Source of the DNA: Candidatus Bathyarchaeia archaeon
GTDB taxonomy: Archaea > Asgardarchaeota > Heimdallarchaeia > JABLTI01
Direction of reading: 5' to 3'
Assembly (NCBI GenBank): GCA_035528035.1
Contig: DATKZI010000044.1
Location: 18,034 to 82,033 of the forward strand
DNA: 64,000 nt
The translations under genes were made by a program, and so were the position numbers. The notes below the pieces were generated by a model that worked only from the letters and a program-made list of their open reading frames with translations, was not told the DNA's origin and made no database searches. Shown here piece by piece: positions 19,051 to 29,244 of this stretch (position 1 is its first letter; each line of letters begins with the position of its first letter).

Positions 19051-20292
19051 TTGGAGGTAGACCAAATTATAGTATTCTTTGTTGAACGATATTCGAAAAG
19101 TGACATTGGTGGAGTTAAATCCTATCTTAGACGTATAATAAACAGCTTGAATAAAACTAATAATGAAGCTATTATACTTACTCAAAAAACAAAACAAGAT
19201 AATTTGGATGAAGAAATAATTGATGGTATAAAAGTCGTAAGACTTGAATGTGGAGATTTTATTGATAGGATTGAGGAGTTCAATAAATTACCAGAAGAAG
19301 AAAGGAATGCAAAAGCCAAGGAATTATTTAAGAAAAATGATATAGAGAAGACAGCTTTAAAATTAGCTAATGAATTAAATTCATTTATTTTAAAATATAA
19401 ACCAAAAGCATTTCATTTTCATAATTCGTATTTCCTTTCACCTTATGCATTGTATTTTTTGAAACAGAATTACCGATATGAATTCCCTCCAAGTTATTAT
19501 TTCTGGAGTCATAGTCCTTCTATGGATCTAGTATTACCTGATGGCTCAACAAGTAAATTATTTAGTGCATTAAAATCATTCCAAAATGAATACAAAGGGA
19601 TTTTTGCTATCAGTCAATCAGTGAATGAGTCAATGATTAAATATGGAATTGATTCCAAATTGAGATATTTAGGTGTAGATCTTACTGTTTTTTCAAAACG
19701 AGATAATCCCAAAACAATTACTCGAGAGATTTTAGGACTCCACCCAAAAGCATTTGTTATTTTATTCACTGGTAGGATTCTAAAAGAAAAAGGATTAGAT
19801 TTACTTCCAGAAATCTTCAAACAATTAATCCAACGAGATGAAAAATACGTTATAATCAATTTCCTCATAACTGGAGATGGTGATTATAAATCAGAACTTC
19901 AAAATAAAATCAAAGAATTAGGTTTTGAAAAAAACTTCCATTTTATACGAGCTCAAAATGAAGATGAGTTAGTTGATATCTATTCTCTTGCTGATTGTTT
20001 TATCTTACCTTCACGAAGAGAAGCTTTAGGTTTATCTTTATTGGAAGCTTTGAGTTGTTCTCTTCCTTCTATAGCTACCGATCTACCAGGTATAAGAGAA
20101 TTAATTATCCATACCAAAAATGGCTTATTGGTTCCAATGGATAACATTTCTGAATATTTACGTTGGATAACTGGACTTTATTCTAATGCTAACTTGAGGG
20201 AAAATCTTAAACTCAATTCGAGGAAATCAGTTAAAGAACTTTTTAGTTATGAGACTCATCTAAATTTCTTTATTAAGAGATTAACCAGATGA
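19051..20292 (+). CDS. Glycosyltransferase, GT4 (GT-B fold) family
   Basis: The C-terminal sugar-donor motif is PSRREALGLSLLEALSCSLPSIATDLPGIRELI. The start codon is TTG. Confidence 0.8.
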   Translation: MEVDQIIVFFVERYSKSDIGGVKSYLRRIINSLNKTNNEAIILTQKTKQDNLDEEIIDGIKVVRLECGDFIDRIEEFNKLPEEERNAKAKELFKKNDIEKTALKLANELNSFILKYKPKAFHFHNSYFLSPYALYFLKQNYRYEFPPSYYFWSHSPSMDLVLPDGSTSKLFSALKSFQNEYKGIFAISQSVNESMIKYGIDSKLRYLGVDLTVFSKRDNPKTITREILGLHPKAFVILFTGRILKEKGLDLLPEIFKQLIQRDEKYVIINFLITGDGDYKSELQNKIKELGFEKNFHFIRAQNEDELVDIYSLADCFILPSRREALGLSLLEALSCSLPSIATDLPGIRELIIHTKNGLLVPMDNISEYLRWITGLYSNANLRENLKLNSRKSVKELFSYETHLNFFIKRLTR

Positions 20293-20338
20293 GGAGACGA
20301 TGTCTAGCGGTAAATAATTAAAATATTGCAAATAAGAG

Positions 20339-21259
20339 ATGATTATAATGCCAGAAGATTTGGATTTTTATCTAGCAAATCAAGATGATTTAGAAGGTAT
20401 TTTCAAAATTATTGATATGACAGGATGGGGTGAAACCTATGAGGATATTTCAAGAGTTATTAATAATCCCAGTAATCGATATATCACTGTTTTTAATCCT
20501 AAAACATTTGAGTTTACTGGTATTACCTTAATGGTTCTCAATGGTAGAATTGGTTTTATAGGGCATGTAATAGTTATTCCTGAATATCGTAAAATGGGGA
20601 TAGGTGAGGAATTAATGAAAGAGGCAATTAATTACATGAAATTCCATGGTTGCACAACCATTAAACTTGATGCTGTTGAAAAAGCAATTAGTCTATATGA
20701 AAGGGTAGGATTCAAATTTGAAATTAATTCTCTTAGATATTTGAAGGAATTGAATGATCCAAAAGATATCGATGATCTGTTAAAGATTTGCTCATCTGTC
20801 AAACAAGAAAATCCAGTACAAAATGCGACCGGAGATGATTTAGCACAGATTTTTGAGGTTGATAATAAAATATTTGAGGGAAATCGAGAGGATTTTCTTT
20901 TTGCTTTATTTGATGATTTTCCTAATCTTGCTTTTATTTCTCGAGATTCTACTGATGAACTAGTTGGTTATCTTTTTGGAACTTTCAGGAATGGTATGGT
21001 AAAATTACGCGCAGGAATTTGCGATTCATTCAGTACTGCTATTCATTTAATAAATGCTGCACTAACTGCTTGTAAGAATCTAAAGGGACTAAAGTCAATA
21101 AAAATTGGTATTACTGAAAATAGTACTTATGGTATACAAGTAATGGAAAAATTAGGATTTGAAAAAATAGGTCAATCCTATCGTATGTATTGGGGTAAAG
21201 AGACAGAAGCAACAAAAAATCCAATGATTTTTGCTATTGGTGACCCAGCGAAAGGATAA
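20339..21259 (+). CDS. GNAT-family N-acetyltransferase (two-domain)
   Basis: The acetyl-CoA motif is VIVIPEYRKMGIGEELMKEAINY. The C-terminal half is also GNAT-like. Confidence 0.7.
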   Translation: MIIMPEDLDFYLANQDDLEGIFKIIDMTGWGETYEDISRVINNPSNRYITVFNPKTFEFTGITLMVLNGRIGFIGHVIVIPEYRKMGIGEELMKEAINYMKFHGCTTIKLDAVEKAISLYERVGFKFEINSLRYLKELNDPKDIDDLLKICSSVKQENPVQNATGDDLAQIFEVDNKIFEGNREDFLFALFDDFPNLAFISRDSTDELVGYLFGTFRNGMVKLRAGICDSFSTAIHLINAALTACKNLKGLKSIKIGITENSTYGIQVMEKLGFEKIGQSYRMYWGKETEATKNPMIFAIGDPAKG

Positions 21260-21265
21260 AGAAGA

Positions 21266-22162
21266 TTAGAAATGAAAAGCAAAATTTTCCATAATCAATC
21301 TTGATCCTTCTGTTAAACTTTTAGCACTTACCATATAATGAATAATTTCAGTATCATCAAGCATTAGAGCAGATTCAATAATAATATTAGCATATCCACA
21401 ACTAGCTAATTTTCCTCGATCATTCAAACTGTAATATTCACCCGAAGTCTGAAGTAATGGTGTCAATTGTTCTAATGCTCCTGGAATCTCTCCGAGATGT
21501 ATTTCCCCAGCTTTATCAAAAATAAAAGCTCGTATATTTTCACTAGTAACTTTGTTTGGCGCACCAGATAAAAATTCAAAAATTAGTTGGATAATAATAC
21601 TTGCTTCAATTCTTTTAGCTGAAAAACAATTCTCTTTATGCTTCACTTTAAGATTATTATTAGTTATACTATCAATAATTAAGTTCATTTCAGATTGGAA
21701 AAATTCAGCCCAATTTTCAGTGAATTTTATTTTTCTAAAATTAATTGATGGACATCGTAAGGTTGTTTGGAAGATCAAAATAGCTTTACCTAATGGTGTA
21801 AGATCATAATGAGAGTGTACTCCTCCAAAACCTTTATAGTACATCCCTTCTGATGGACCTTCTTTTTCTTGTATCATTAATCCAAGTTCGCCAAAAGCTT
21901 TGAGATATTTTTCAAAACCTGAGACTTTCTTTACACCTATTCTTTTTGCTATTATATCTGTTAAATCTTTTAGTCGACTAAAACGATTCAAATCTTTAGA
22001 ATCGAAATACAATTCCAATTTCTTATCATAATTAAAAAAACGAGCTCTATTTAGTGGTTCTTCTAGAAAAGGTATTGTAGCAGCAGATGCTAAAATGGTA
22101 AAACATGATTCATTATCAAATTCTTTGATAATCTTTTGAGTTACTTCTCTGATTGAGCCCAA
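21266..22162 (-). CDS. Hypothetical protein with a wHTH-like segment
   Basis: It is a long ORF with non-repetitive composition. The segment YLKAFGELGLMIQEKEG...YDLTPLGKAI resembles a winged-helix wing. I recognise no family. Confidence 0.45.
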   Translation of the reverse strand: MGSIREVTQKIIKEFDNESCFTILASAATIPFLEEPLNRARFFNYDKKLELYFDSKDLNRFSRLKDLTDIIAKRIGVKKVSGFEKYLKAFGELGLMIQEKEGPSEGMYYKGFGGVHSHYDLTPLGKAILIFQTTLRCPSINFRKIKFTENWAEFFQSEMNLIIDSITNNNLKVKHKENCFSAKRIEASIIIQLIFEFLSGAPNKVTSENIRAFIFDKAGEIHLGEIPGALEQLTPLLQTSGEYYSLNDRGKLASCGYANIIIESALMLDDTEIIHYMVSAKSLTEGSRLIMENFAFHF

Positions 22163-22262
22163 TTTTATCCACTTGTTTTAATTTATCTTCACTATTATAT
22201 GTTAACAATCTCATAAAAAGTATCCTATTTTAGTTATATGGAAAAAAAGAAAGATATTCCCA

Positions 22263-23231
22263 TCAATCATTTTTTTCAATTTCTTCGTCTATAGTTTTTT
22301 CCGAAGACAGAATCTCATCTTCCTTTTTTATCATAGATACTTTAATTTTAGTTGTTTCAATATCTTTGGTTGCTTCTATATCTGTAGTTATTTTAGCCTT
22401 CTTTTTCTTTCTCTCTCGGAGATAATAGATTAGATTAGAAATGACAAACATTGCTACTAGAATACCAAAAATAATAAAGAAATACATATTGAATTCTCCT
22501 GCGAGTTCTTTTATTTCTGCAGCAGGAAGAGCTAGCATTTCTTCAACTGAATAACTTCCAAGAGTTCGAACACCTAGCCAAGCATAGAAAATTGATCGAG
22601 GAATTGAACCTATAAATGTTGCAAGAAAATAATGCTTATCTTTAACATTTGCTAAACCAGCAGCGTAGCTTATTGGATCAAACATTATAACTGGAACTGC
22701 TCGTCCGACAATAATTGCCCATAATCCCCATTTCTCTATCCATTCATCAAAAATATATATGGTTCGTTTTAATATCCCCACTTTTTCTCCAGAAGCATCA
22801 ATAATAGATCTTCCTCCTCTTTTTGATAAATAAAAAGTAACTATTGCGCTTAACATTGAACCAACAAGTCCAATTAGACTTCCCCAATATATACCGAAAA
22901 TCATTCCTCCCGATAATAGAATTAATTCGGAAGGTATTGGTGCAAATAGACTTTGAACAATCATTAAACCAAGGAAAATAAGTACTTGTAAAGCAATATG
23001 TAAACCAATAATTGGTTTTATGAAATAATCTCTAACTACTTTGAAAAGAAACTCTTTATCAACAATAATTATAATTAGCAATGCTATTGAAATTAAAATA
23101 ATAATTGTAAAAATTATTGCTAAAAGTATTTTATCTTTTGTCCAATTGAACTTCTTTGTTTCACTAATTGTCTCTTTTTTGTTTTCAGCATTCTGATTAA
23201 TTTCCATATCATTACTCAATGTTTCATTCAT
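22263..23231 (-). CDS. TVP38/TMEM64 (DedA/SNARE-associated) family membrane protein
   Basis: It is polytopic, with FAPIPSELILLSGG and FYLSKRGGR motifs typical of the DedA/TVP38 family. Both tails are charged. Confidence 0.7.
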   Translation of the reverse strand: MNETLSNDMEINQNAENKKETISETKKFNWTKDKILLAIIFTIIILISIALLIIIIVDKEFLFKVVRDYFIKPIIGLHIALQVLIFLGLMIVQSLFAPIPSELILLSGGMIFGIYWGSLIGLVGSMLSAIVTFYLSKRGGRSIIDASGEKVGILKRTIYIFDEWIEKWGLWAIIVGRAVPVIMFDPISYAAGLANVKDKHYFLATFIGSIPRSIFYAWLGVRTLGSYSVEEMLALPAAEIKELAGEFNMYFFIIFGILVAMFVISNLIYYLRERKKKKAKITTDIEATKDIETTKIKVSMIKKEDEILSSEKTIDEEIEKND

Positions 23232-23436
23232 TCTGTTGTCCTCAGTTTAAGGATGAATTATCTCAATTTAATCCCATAATTATCCGTTTGAATATCTATT
23301 ACTAACATATAATATATATCTTCATATTTGCAAACTGAATAGATTATTAATGTCTATTGTAAGAATTGTAAATATAGAACAAAAATTAAAAAAGATAGCT
23401 TGGAAAAACTTACTATAGAAAAGAAGTGAATCATCA

Positions 23437-24528
23437 ATGACTCTAAAAGGATTATTAGATAAAAAAAACTTAAGATATCTTTTTTTGGGTGGAAAGGGTG
23501 GTGTTGGAAAAACAATTTCAGCATCAGCAATAAGTATTGAATTTGCTAGGCATATTGATAGAGTTCTAGTTGTCAGTACTGATCCCGCACATTCATTATC
23601 TGATTGTTTTGATCAAGACCTTTCAGGGGGAGACCCTGTACGTATTGAAAGTGTTAAAGGTAATTTATTTGGCATGGAACTTGAAGCTAAAAAAGGATAT
23701 GAACAATTCAAACAAATGAGTCAAATGGGTGTACCTGGAATGAGTGATATGGGTTTACCTGGTTTTGGTGACTTAGGGAACACTTCAACTGAAAATGTTA
23801 TCATAGAAGATGATAATGATGATTTTTCACCCAATACTGATAAATCTGGTGCATCACCTTTTGGTTTTAATATGCAAGATGCATTAGGTTTAGGTTCAGA
23901 ATTATTAGGTGATGATTCAGTTCCTCCTGGTTCTGATGAAGCATTTGCTTTTGGAAAATTACTTGAATTAATAGAAAGTAGCGATTATGATTTAGTTATC
24001 TTTGATACAGCACCAACTGGTCATACATTACGCTTATTAGCACTCCCCGATTACTTAGATAGTTTCATTGGCAGATTGATTAAAATGCGATTAAGATTTG
24101 GTAATTTCTTTAAAAGCATAAGGGGAATTTTCGGAGGAAGGTCTGGAAAACAAGAAGATAATTCTCTAGAAACAATGGAAACGCTCAAGAAAGTGATAAC
24201 TAAAGCACGTATAGAATTAGCTGATGATGAAAAAACGGAATTTATTCCAGTCACAATACCAACATTGATGGCTCTATATGAAACTGAACGATTAATTAAC
24301 TCATTAAATGAATATAGTATTCCAGTACTCAACTTGATTGTTAATCAATTAATTCCTCCTAGCAAAGATTGTCCTTTCTGTTCAAAAAGATACGATATTC
24401 AAGAGAAAACAATGATGACTTTAAAACAATACTTTGGAGAATATAATTTTACAGAGGTACCAATGGTTCCTCAAGAAATTCGTGGAATTGAACAGTTACA
24501 AATACTAGCTAATATTCTTTTTAGCTAG
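23437..24528 (+). CDS. ArsA/Get3 (TRC40)-family ATPase
   Basis: It has the P-loop GGKGGVGKT, the signature DTAPTGHTLRLL, a Met-rich insert (FKQMSQMGVPGMSDMGLPGFG) and a CPFC motif near the C-terminus. Confidence 0.85.
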   Translation: MTLKGLLDKKNLRYLFLGGKGGVGKTISASAISIEFARHIDRVLVVSTDPAHSLSDCFDQDLSGGDPVRIESVKGNLFGMELEAKKGYEQFKQMSQMGVPGMSDMGLPGFGDLGNTSTENVIIEDDNDDFSPNTDKSGASPFGFNMQDALGLGSELLGDDSVPPGSDEAFAFGKLLELIESSDYDLVIFDTAPTGHTLRLLALPDYLDSFIGRLIKMRLRFGNFFKSIRGIFGGRSGKQEDNSLETMETLKKVITKARIELADDEKTEFIPVTIPTLMALYETERLINSLNEYSIPVLNLIVNQLIPPSKDCPFCSKRYDIQEKTMMTLKQYFGEYNFTEVPMVPQEIRGIEQLQILANILFS

Positions 24529-24588
24529 AAATTTTAAATAAAAAATAATGAAAATTAAAAGTTGGAGTAAATCCAACTATTTTTTTGA

Positions 24589-24846
24589 TTATTCTAAGGG
24601 AGCTCTAATAGTAGCTATAGAATTATCATGAATTCCTTTAATTAGTAAATCTGCAGGATTTCCATAAATCTTATCTTCTTCTACAGTTGCTTTTGTTTTA
24701 ACTTTAAAAACAAATCTTCTTTTAGCAACAACAAGTTCTGCTTTTGTTTTAATACCTAATTCTTCTTTTAATTTTGGATGGATTACTAATTCACCTTCAA
24801 GGTTTGTTTCATCATGTAAAATTCTCAATCTTTTCTCTTTTACCAT
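24589..24846 (-). CDS. Hypothetical small protein
   Basis: This is an 85-aa ORF of ordinary composition. I recognise no family. Confidence 0.4.
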   Translation of the reverse strand: MVKEKRLRILHDETNLEGELVIHPKLKEELGIKTKAELVVAKRRFVFKVKTKATVEEDKIYGNPADLLIKGIHDNSIATIRAPLE

Positions 24847-24997
24847 TGCTTTTCATCACTCAACTAATGATTCTCAATTTGAATGTTTTAAATACATACA
24901 ATCGATTTCTTTAATTAATCTTTGCAATAAAATAGGATAAAAATAATGAAAAAAAATACTGAAATGTATTTTTAATAAAGAAAAATTAAAGAAAGGA

Positions 24998-26470
24998 TTA
25001 TGTTCCTTTCTGCGATCTCTTTCGTTTACGATACAATACAAAAGTTACAACTGTCGGAATGATAGCTACGAAAACTATTGCAAAACTAATACCGATTGTT
25101 GTCCACCATTGTTTTGTATAATCAGGTTCTTCGATAAATGGTTCTATAACAATTTCAATTACATTTGAATAGAGTTTGTAGTTTGTTTCATTTAACAGCG
25201 TTTCTTGATTCACAAAATTATAAGTTACCACTGTAGGTTCTATCTTGAAAGCACCATTTATCTTTGGATATATTGTATAATTAAAGTATCTTGATTCTCC
25301 TATTGATAAAACATCAATAGTCCAATCATCTTCTATACCTTTTGTATCAAAGACCCAATCTTGATATACAGGTTCTTCAATTCGAATGTTAGTTGCATTT
25401 ACTATACCTGAATTTGTAATATTGATTAAAATTGTTACCGTTTCTTTAGTTGTATTAAAATAGAATAATTCCGTATCATTGGATAATAGACCATCTATTT
25501 CGATTTGGAAATATTTTATTACACTTAACATTGGAACCTTCTTCGTCCAATCATTCCCCTCATAAATTGGTTTGTAGACCTCAAGTTCCAACTCATTTGA
25601 GTATTCATCTAATACCCATAAATCATCATAGATTTTTAAGTAGGAAATATTACATGCAGGTATATTATACATACCTAGTACTGAAGCATTTACTTCATAT
25701 TGGAAAATTACACTATGACCCATCTGAACGTTACTATACTCATGGTATGTTTCCAGTAATGTAGTATTATATTCAAAAACAGATATGTCACCTGGATCAG
25801 TTTCCCATAAAGTAATGTTAATGTTTTGAAATTCATAATTTGTAATATTTATTTTAATAATGAATTCTTTATCAATTTTTACTCTAGGTTCTTCAAAATA
25901 TTCTTCGCCTTCAAAAACAATTGATTTATCTATAGTAACTGTAAGACCAAACTCATAAACTTTGAAGGTAACGTCTTCAGAATCGGACCAGTAGTAATCG
26001 GTACCATTTGTATAAGTCACATTTGCTACTCCAAAAGTATAGGAACCTGTGCGATGAGAAACAAAATTATAGTTATGAAAAACGGTATTTCCGGAATCTA
26101 TTTGAGTCCAGTTTTTATTAGGATCATCAATAGTAAACCAACTGTTTTTATAACCTATATTAGTCAAGTTGGATTCGGGATTTTCTAAATTAACTTCTGT
26201 AATTGGTACGGGACCATTGTTAGTTATTTGTATCCTAATGGTAACTGATTCTTCTAAAAATGTCTCATAGTCACTGACTAATGTGGCAGATGCATTTCGA
26301 TGAATAATGTATTTTGTAACTACAATATCTGTAGCTTTCGGTGTGAAATAAGTTATAGGATTTGTTTCATTAACAGCAGCTTTCGCAATCATTGTTCTGC
26401 TACCTACAAAGATAGTAGCTAACATTATTGAGGTCAATACTATTATCGTAAATATTCTTTGTTTCTTCAA
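24998..26470 (-). CDS. Secreted, C-terminally membrane-anchored surface protein rich in N-glycosylation sequons
   Basis: It has an N-terminal signal-like helix and a C-terminal TM helix with a basic tail (WWTTIGISFAIVFVAIIPTVVTFVLYRKRKRSQKGT). Many N-x-S/T sites are present (NET, NAS, NLT, NWT, NVT, NGT, NIT, NTT and others). Confidence 0.6.
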   Translation of the reverse strand: MKKQRIFTIIVLTSIMLATIFVGSRTMIAKAAVNETNPITYFTPKATDIVVTKYIIHRNASATLVSDYETFLEESVTIRIQITNNGPVPITEVNLENPESNLTNIGYKNSWFTIDDPNKNWTQIDSGNTVFHNYNFVSHRTGSYTFGVANVTYTNGTDYYWSDSEDVTFKVYEFGLTVTIDKSIVFEGEEYFEEPRVKIDKEFIIKINITNYEFQNINITLWETDPGDISVFEYNTTLLETYHEYSNVQMGHSVIFQYEVNASVLGMYNIPACNISYLKIYDDLWVLDEYSNELELEVYKPIYEGNDWTKKVPMLSVIKYFQIEIDGLLSNDTELFYFNTTKETVTILINITNSGIVNATNIRIEEPVYQDWVFDTKGIEDDWTIDVLSIGESRYFNYTIYPKINGAFKIEPTVVTYNFVNQETLLNETNYKLYSNVIEIVIEPFIEEPDYTKQWWTTIGISFAIVFVAIIPTVVTFVLYRKRKRSQKGT

Positions 26471-26623
26471 TTCAAGCCCTCATCATATGGTTTACTAGTT
26501 TACTCTATCGAAAAAAGCTTTAAAATAAAAAGCTTTCTTCTTTCTTCAAATCTCTTCATAGATGGAAATTCTTCCTAATAAAATATTTTTCCTTTAATTC
26601 TATTTCACTATTTTATAGTATAT

Positions 26624-27235
26624 TTAGGATTTAGGGGTCAAAAACTCGAATCCTAAGCTTGTCAACATAGTTACTAATCTGTTTAAGGGTAAACCCATTA
26701 CATTATAGAAACAGCCTTCTATACGATCAATTAAAGCTGCACCTATACCTTGAATTGCATATGCTCCTGCTTTATCAATTACAAATTCATTATCAACATA
26801 AGTAGCGATTTTTTCATCAGATAACGCAACCATACTTACAAGAGTTTTTTCAACTCCTGAAACTAATCTCTTTGTGTTAGTATCAAGTATGCAGATACCA
26901 GTATATACTTCATGAATATTTCCTAGAATTTTCTTTAACATTGCAATAGCTTCATCTCTATTTTTTGGTTTGCCAATAACTTCTCCTCGTAAAACAACAG
27001 TAGTATCAGCTCCAATTATCAGCGAATTTGCTTTCTTTTCATCTGGTAATGATGCTTCTACACAAAGTATTTTCTGATAAGCAACCTCTAAAAGAACTTC
27101 CTCAATTGTTCTTGAGCTTCTTAACTCTTTTTCTTCCTCTTTACAAGGAATTACTTCGTGTTGAATTCCTATAAGATTAATTAATTCATGTCTTCGTGGA
27201 GAACCAGAAGCTAAAATAATTTTTTTCATATTCAT
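26624..27235 (-). CDS. maf: Maf-like nucleoside triphosphate pyrophosphatase
   Basis: Motifs IILASGSPRRHELI, GADTVV and DKAGAYAIQG are present. Confidence 0.85.
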   Translation of the reverse strand: MNMKKIILASGSPRRHELINLIGIQHEVIPCKEEEKELRSSRTIEEVLLEVAYQKILCVEASLPDEKKANSLIIGADTTVVLRGEVIGKPKNRDEAIAMLKKILGNIHEVYTGICILDTNTKRLVSGVEKTLVSMVALSDEKIATYVDNEFVIDKAGAYAIQGIGAALIDRIEGCFYNVMGLPLNRLVTMLTSLGFEFLTPKS

Positions 27236-27426
27236 TCAAACTCTAATTTTTACTAGTATTATTAACAAAAAATAGCTATAAATAAAGAATTCGACAATAA
27301 AAAGAAATTTAAAAGATATTCATTATATTTTTCTAGTAAATAGACACTTCATAATAGTGTTAATATTCATTTAAAGCTAATTCCAAATAAAATTAATAGT
27401 CCTCAAAGGGAAAAGGTGTAAAACTT

Positions 27427-29016
27427 ATGTCTAAGCAAGACACTGATATTGCAAAATTAGATAAAAGATATTTAGGCGCTCTTCTAGATGCATTAGAGAA
27501 ACGTAAAAAGAATAATGAAATCGAGCCAGGACTTTATGAGTCATTAAAGGAGAAATATTCAATCGCCTATGAAGCTGCTGAGGATAAATCTTATCTCTAT
27601 GATGGCTTCACTACCTTAGAAGCTATTGCACCTAATCCTGAAACTATTTACAGTTCAGTAAAACAACTTCTTCAAAGATTTGAAGATTTTGAAAAAGAGA
27701 AAAATAAAATCAAAGAACGTTTTTCAAAATTGGATGATTTATTTAAAGAAGGAAATATTTCCGAACCCGTACTTAGGAGTAAGAAAAAGGAATATGAAAT
27801 TTTATTATTGAAATATGATGATCAAAAGCAAGAATATCTTGATGCCATTCCATCTACATTAGAGATTGTTAAAGCAATGAATGATGGTATATTAGAAAGA
27901 TTGGAAGAACTTGAAGCAGAAAAAGCTGTAAATCAATCTAAAACAGTATTAGATGAAAAATCACATTTAACTAGAATTAAGAATGACATTGCCAAAGCAG
28001 TTAAGGAGCTCTCAAATTTAGTGGAATTAGATTTTAGTGCGGATGATTGGAAGAAACCATCAGTGGCAGCTACCAGAGAAGATTCTATTGCAATTACTCC
28101 TTTAAAGGAGCAATTTAAAGCTCCTGAACGTCCTAGAATAGAAACTGAATCTTTACGAACTCCTCCTCCCCCACCAAAAGAAGCTATTTGGGTTAAATGG
28201 AAGAATATGATAATTGGAAAACGCGTTGGTGATGTAAGCATGGCTGGTGGTAATTATGTAATAATTGCTACTGATAGACCATCCTTAGCAATAATTAGGG
28301 ATTTTGCCTTAACAGGACCAGCTAGGTTACGTACATCGACCAATCCCAAAGTAATAGAAGAACGATTAAGTGATATGGTGAAAGAAGCATACAATATTGA
28401 AGAAGGAAGAGCTTTATTACCTGAACAATTAGTGAAATTTGCTATTGATAACAAAATTGGGGTAGATTTATTCAGACTTATAAATTCATATTATGCTTCA
28501 GTTGGAATAGGAGCAATTACTATTCAAGGCAAAGAAGCAATAATTAATGAAAATGCTCAAGTATTAACTTTAGCGGAAAATGTCAATCTTTTGGGTAAAA
28601 GAGTTTTAGCTCCTGATAGATCATTAATTGGTGTAATACATGAGTTATACTATGACCCTATTGCATCGAATCTTTATGCTTTTGCTTTCAAAGGTGTCCC
28701 ACCACCTGTTATTAGAAAAATATATCAAGATTCACATAGCAGAGTTATGACTGATAATACATTTGGTGAATTCAGAAATGAAATAGCTAAAAAATTAGCT
28801 GTTCCTATTTATGAAGCATTAACCCCTTCGAGTGTTGTAAGATATTCGTTGATGAGCGGTTTAACAAAGAATATTAATCAATTAGTTACCTTAGTGGAAA
28901 GTATGAATCCGAGAATAACCAAAACGGTGGATATTAGTTCAATTTCAGACCAAGGAGTTCTCCTTACTCGATTCCCATCAAATGCTTTGCCAAGAATAGA
29001 ATACTTTGAATATTAA
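27427..29016 (+). CDS. Hypothetical coiled-coil protein with a Pro-rich linker and PRC-barrel-like C-terminal repeats
   Basis: The N-terminal half is helical, with SHOCT-like motifs (LDDLFKEGNISEPVLRSKKKEYE). A PPPPP linker follows, then segments IIGKRVGDVSMAGGNYVIIA and LLGKRVLAPDRSLIGVIHELYYD. Confidence 0.5.
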   Translation: MSKQDTDIAKLDKRYLGALLDALEKRKKNNEIEPGLYESLKEKYSIAYEAAEDKSYLYDGFTTLEAIAPNPETIYSSVKQLLQRFEDFEKEKNKIKERFSKLDDLFKEGNISEPVLRSKKKEYEILLLKYDDQKQEYLDAIPSTLEIVKAMNDGILERLEELEAEKAVNQSKTVLDEKSHLTRIKNDIAKAVKELSNLVELDFSADDWKKPSVAATREDSIAITPLKEQFKAPERPRIETESLRTPPPPPKEAIWVKWKNMIIGKRVGDVSMAGGNYVIIATDRPSLAIIRDFALTGPARLRTSTNPKVIEERLSDMVKEAYNIEEGRALLPEQLVKFAIDNKIGVDLFRLINSYYASVGIGAITIQGKEAIINENAQVLTLAENVNLLGKRVLAPDRSLIGVIHELYYDPIASNLYAFAFKGVPPPVIRKIYQDSHSRVMTDNTFGEFRNEIAKKLAVPIYEALTPSSVVRYSLMSGLTKNINQLVTLVESMNPRITKTVDISSISDQGVLLTRFPSNALPRIEYFEY

Positions 29017-29067
29017 ACTCAAATCCTTTCCCTTATACTATACAATTAATAAAATAGGGGGAGGGAG

Positions 29068-29116
29068 GCCTTTTGGCCATTGGAGAAAAAAAGAGTTTCT
29101 TTTTTGGTCAAAAGGC
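29068..29116. terminator. GC-containing inverted repeat between convergent genes
   Basis: GCCTTTTGGCCA (29068-29079) pairs with TGGTCAAAAGGC (29105-29116) at 11 of 12 positions. A T-rich tract lies in between. Confidence 0.3.
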
Positions 29117-29244
29117 AAAAGATAATTATTATTTCTTAGATTTAAAGCTTGCGACAGTTGCAAAATAAGACAAACTATATAAAAAATTTTTTATATAATA
29201 GAAAGTTTAATTGTATCAGTAATTTTATTGTCGGCAAAGATAAT

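Noticed and set aside
29057-29069. The G-run GGGGGAGGGAGG as a G-quadruplex.
   Set aside because: There are only three G-tracts, one of them just two Gs, which is not enough for a canonical quadruplex. It is more likely part of the inter-gene hairpin/terminator region.
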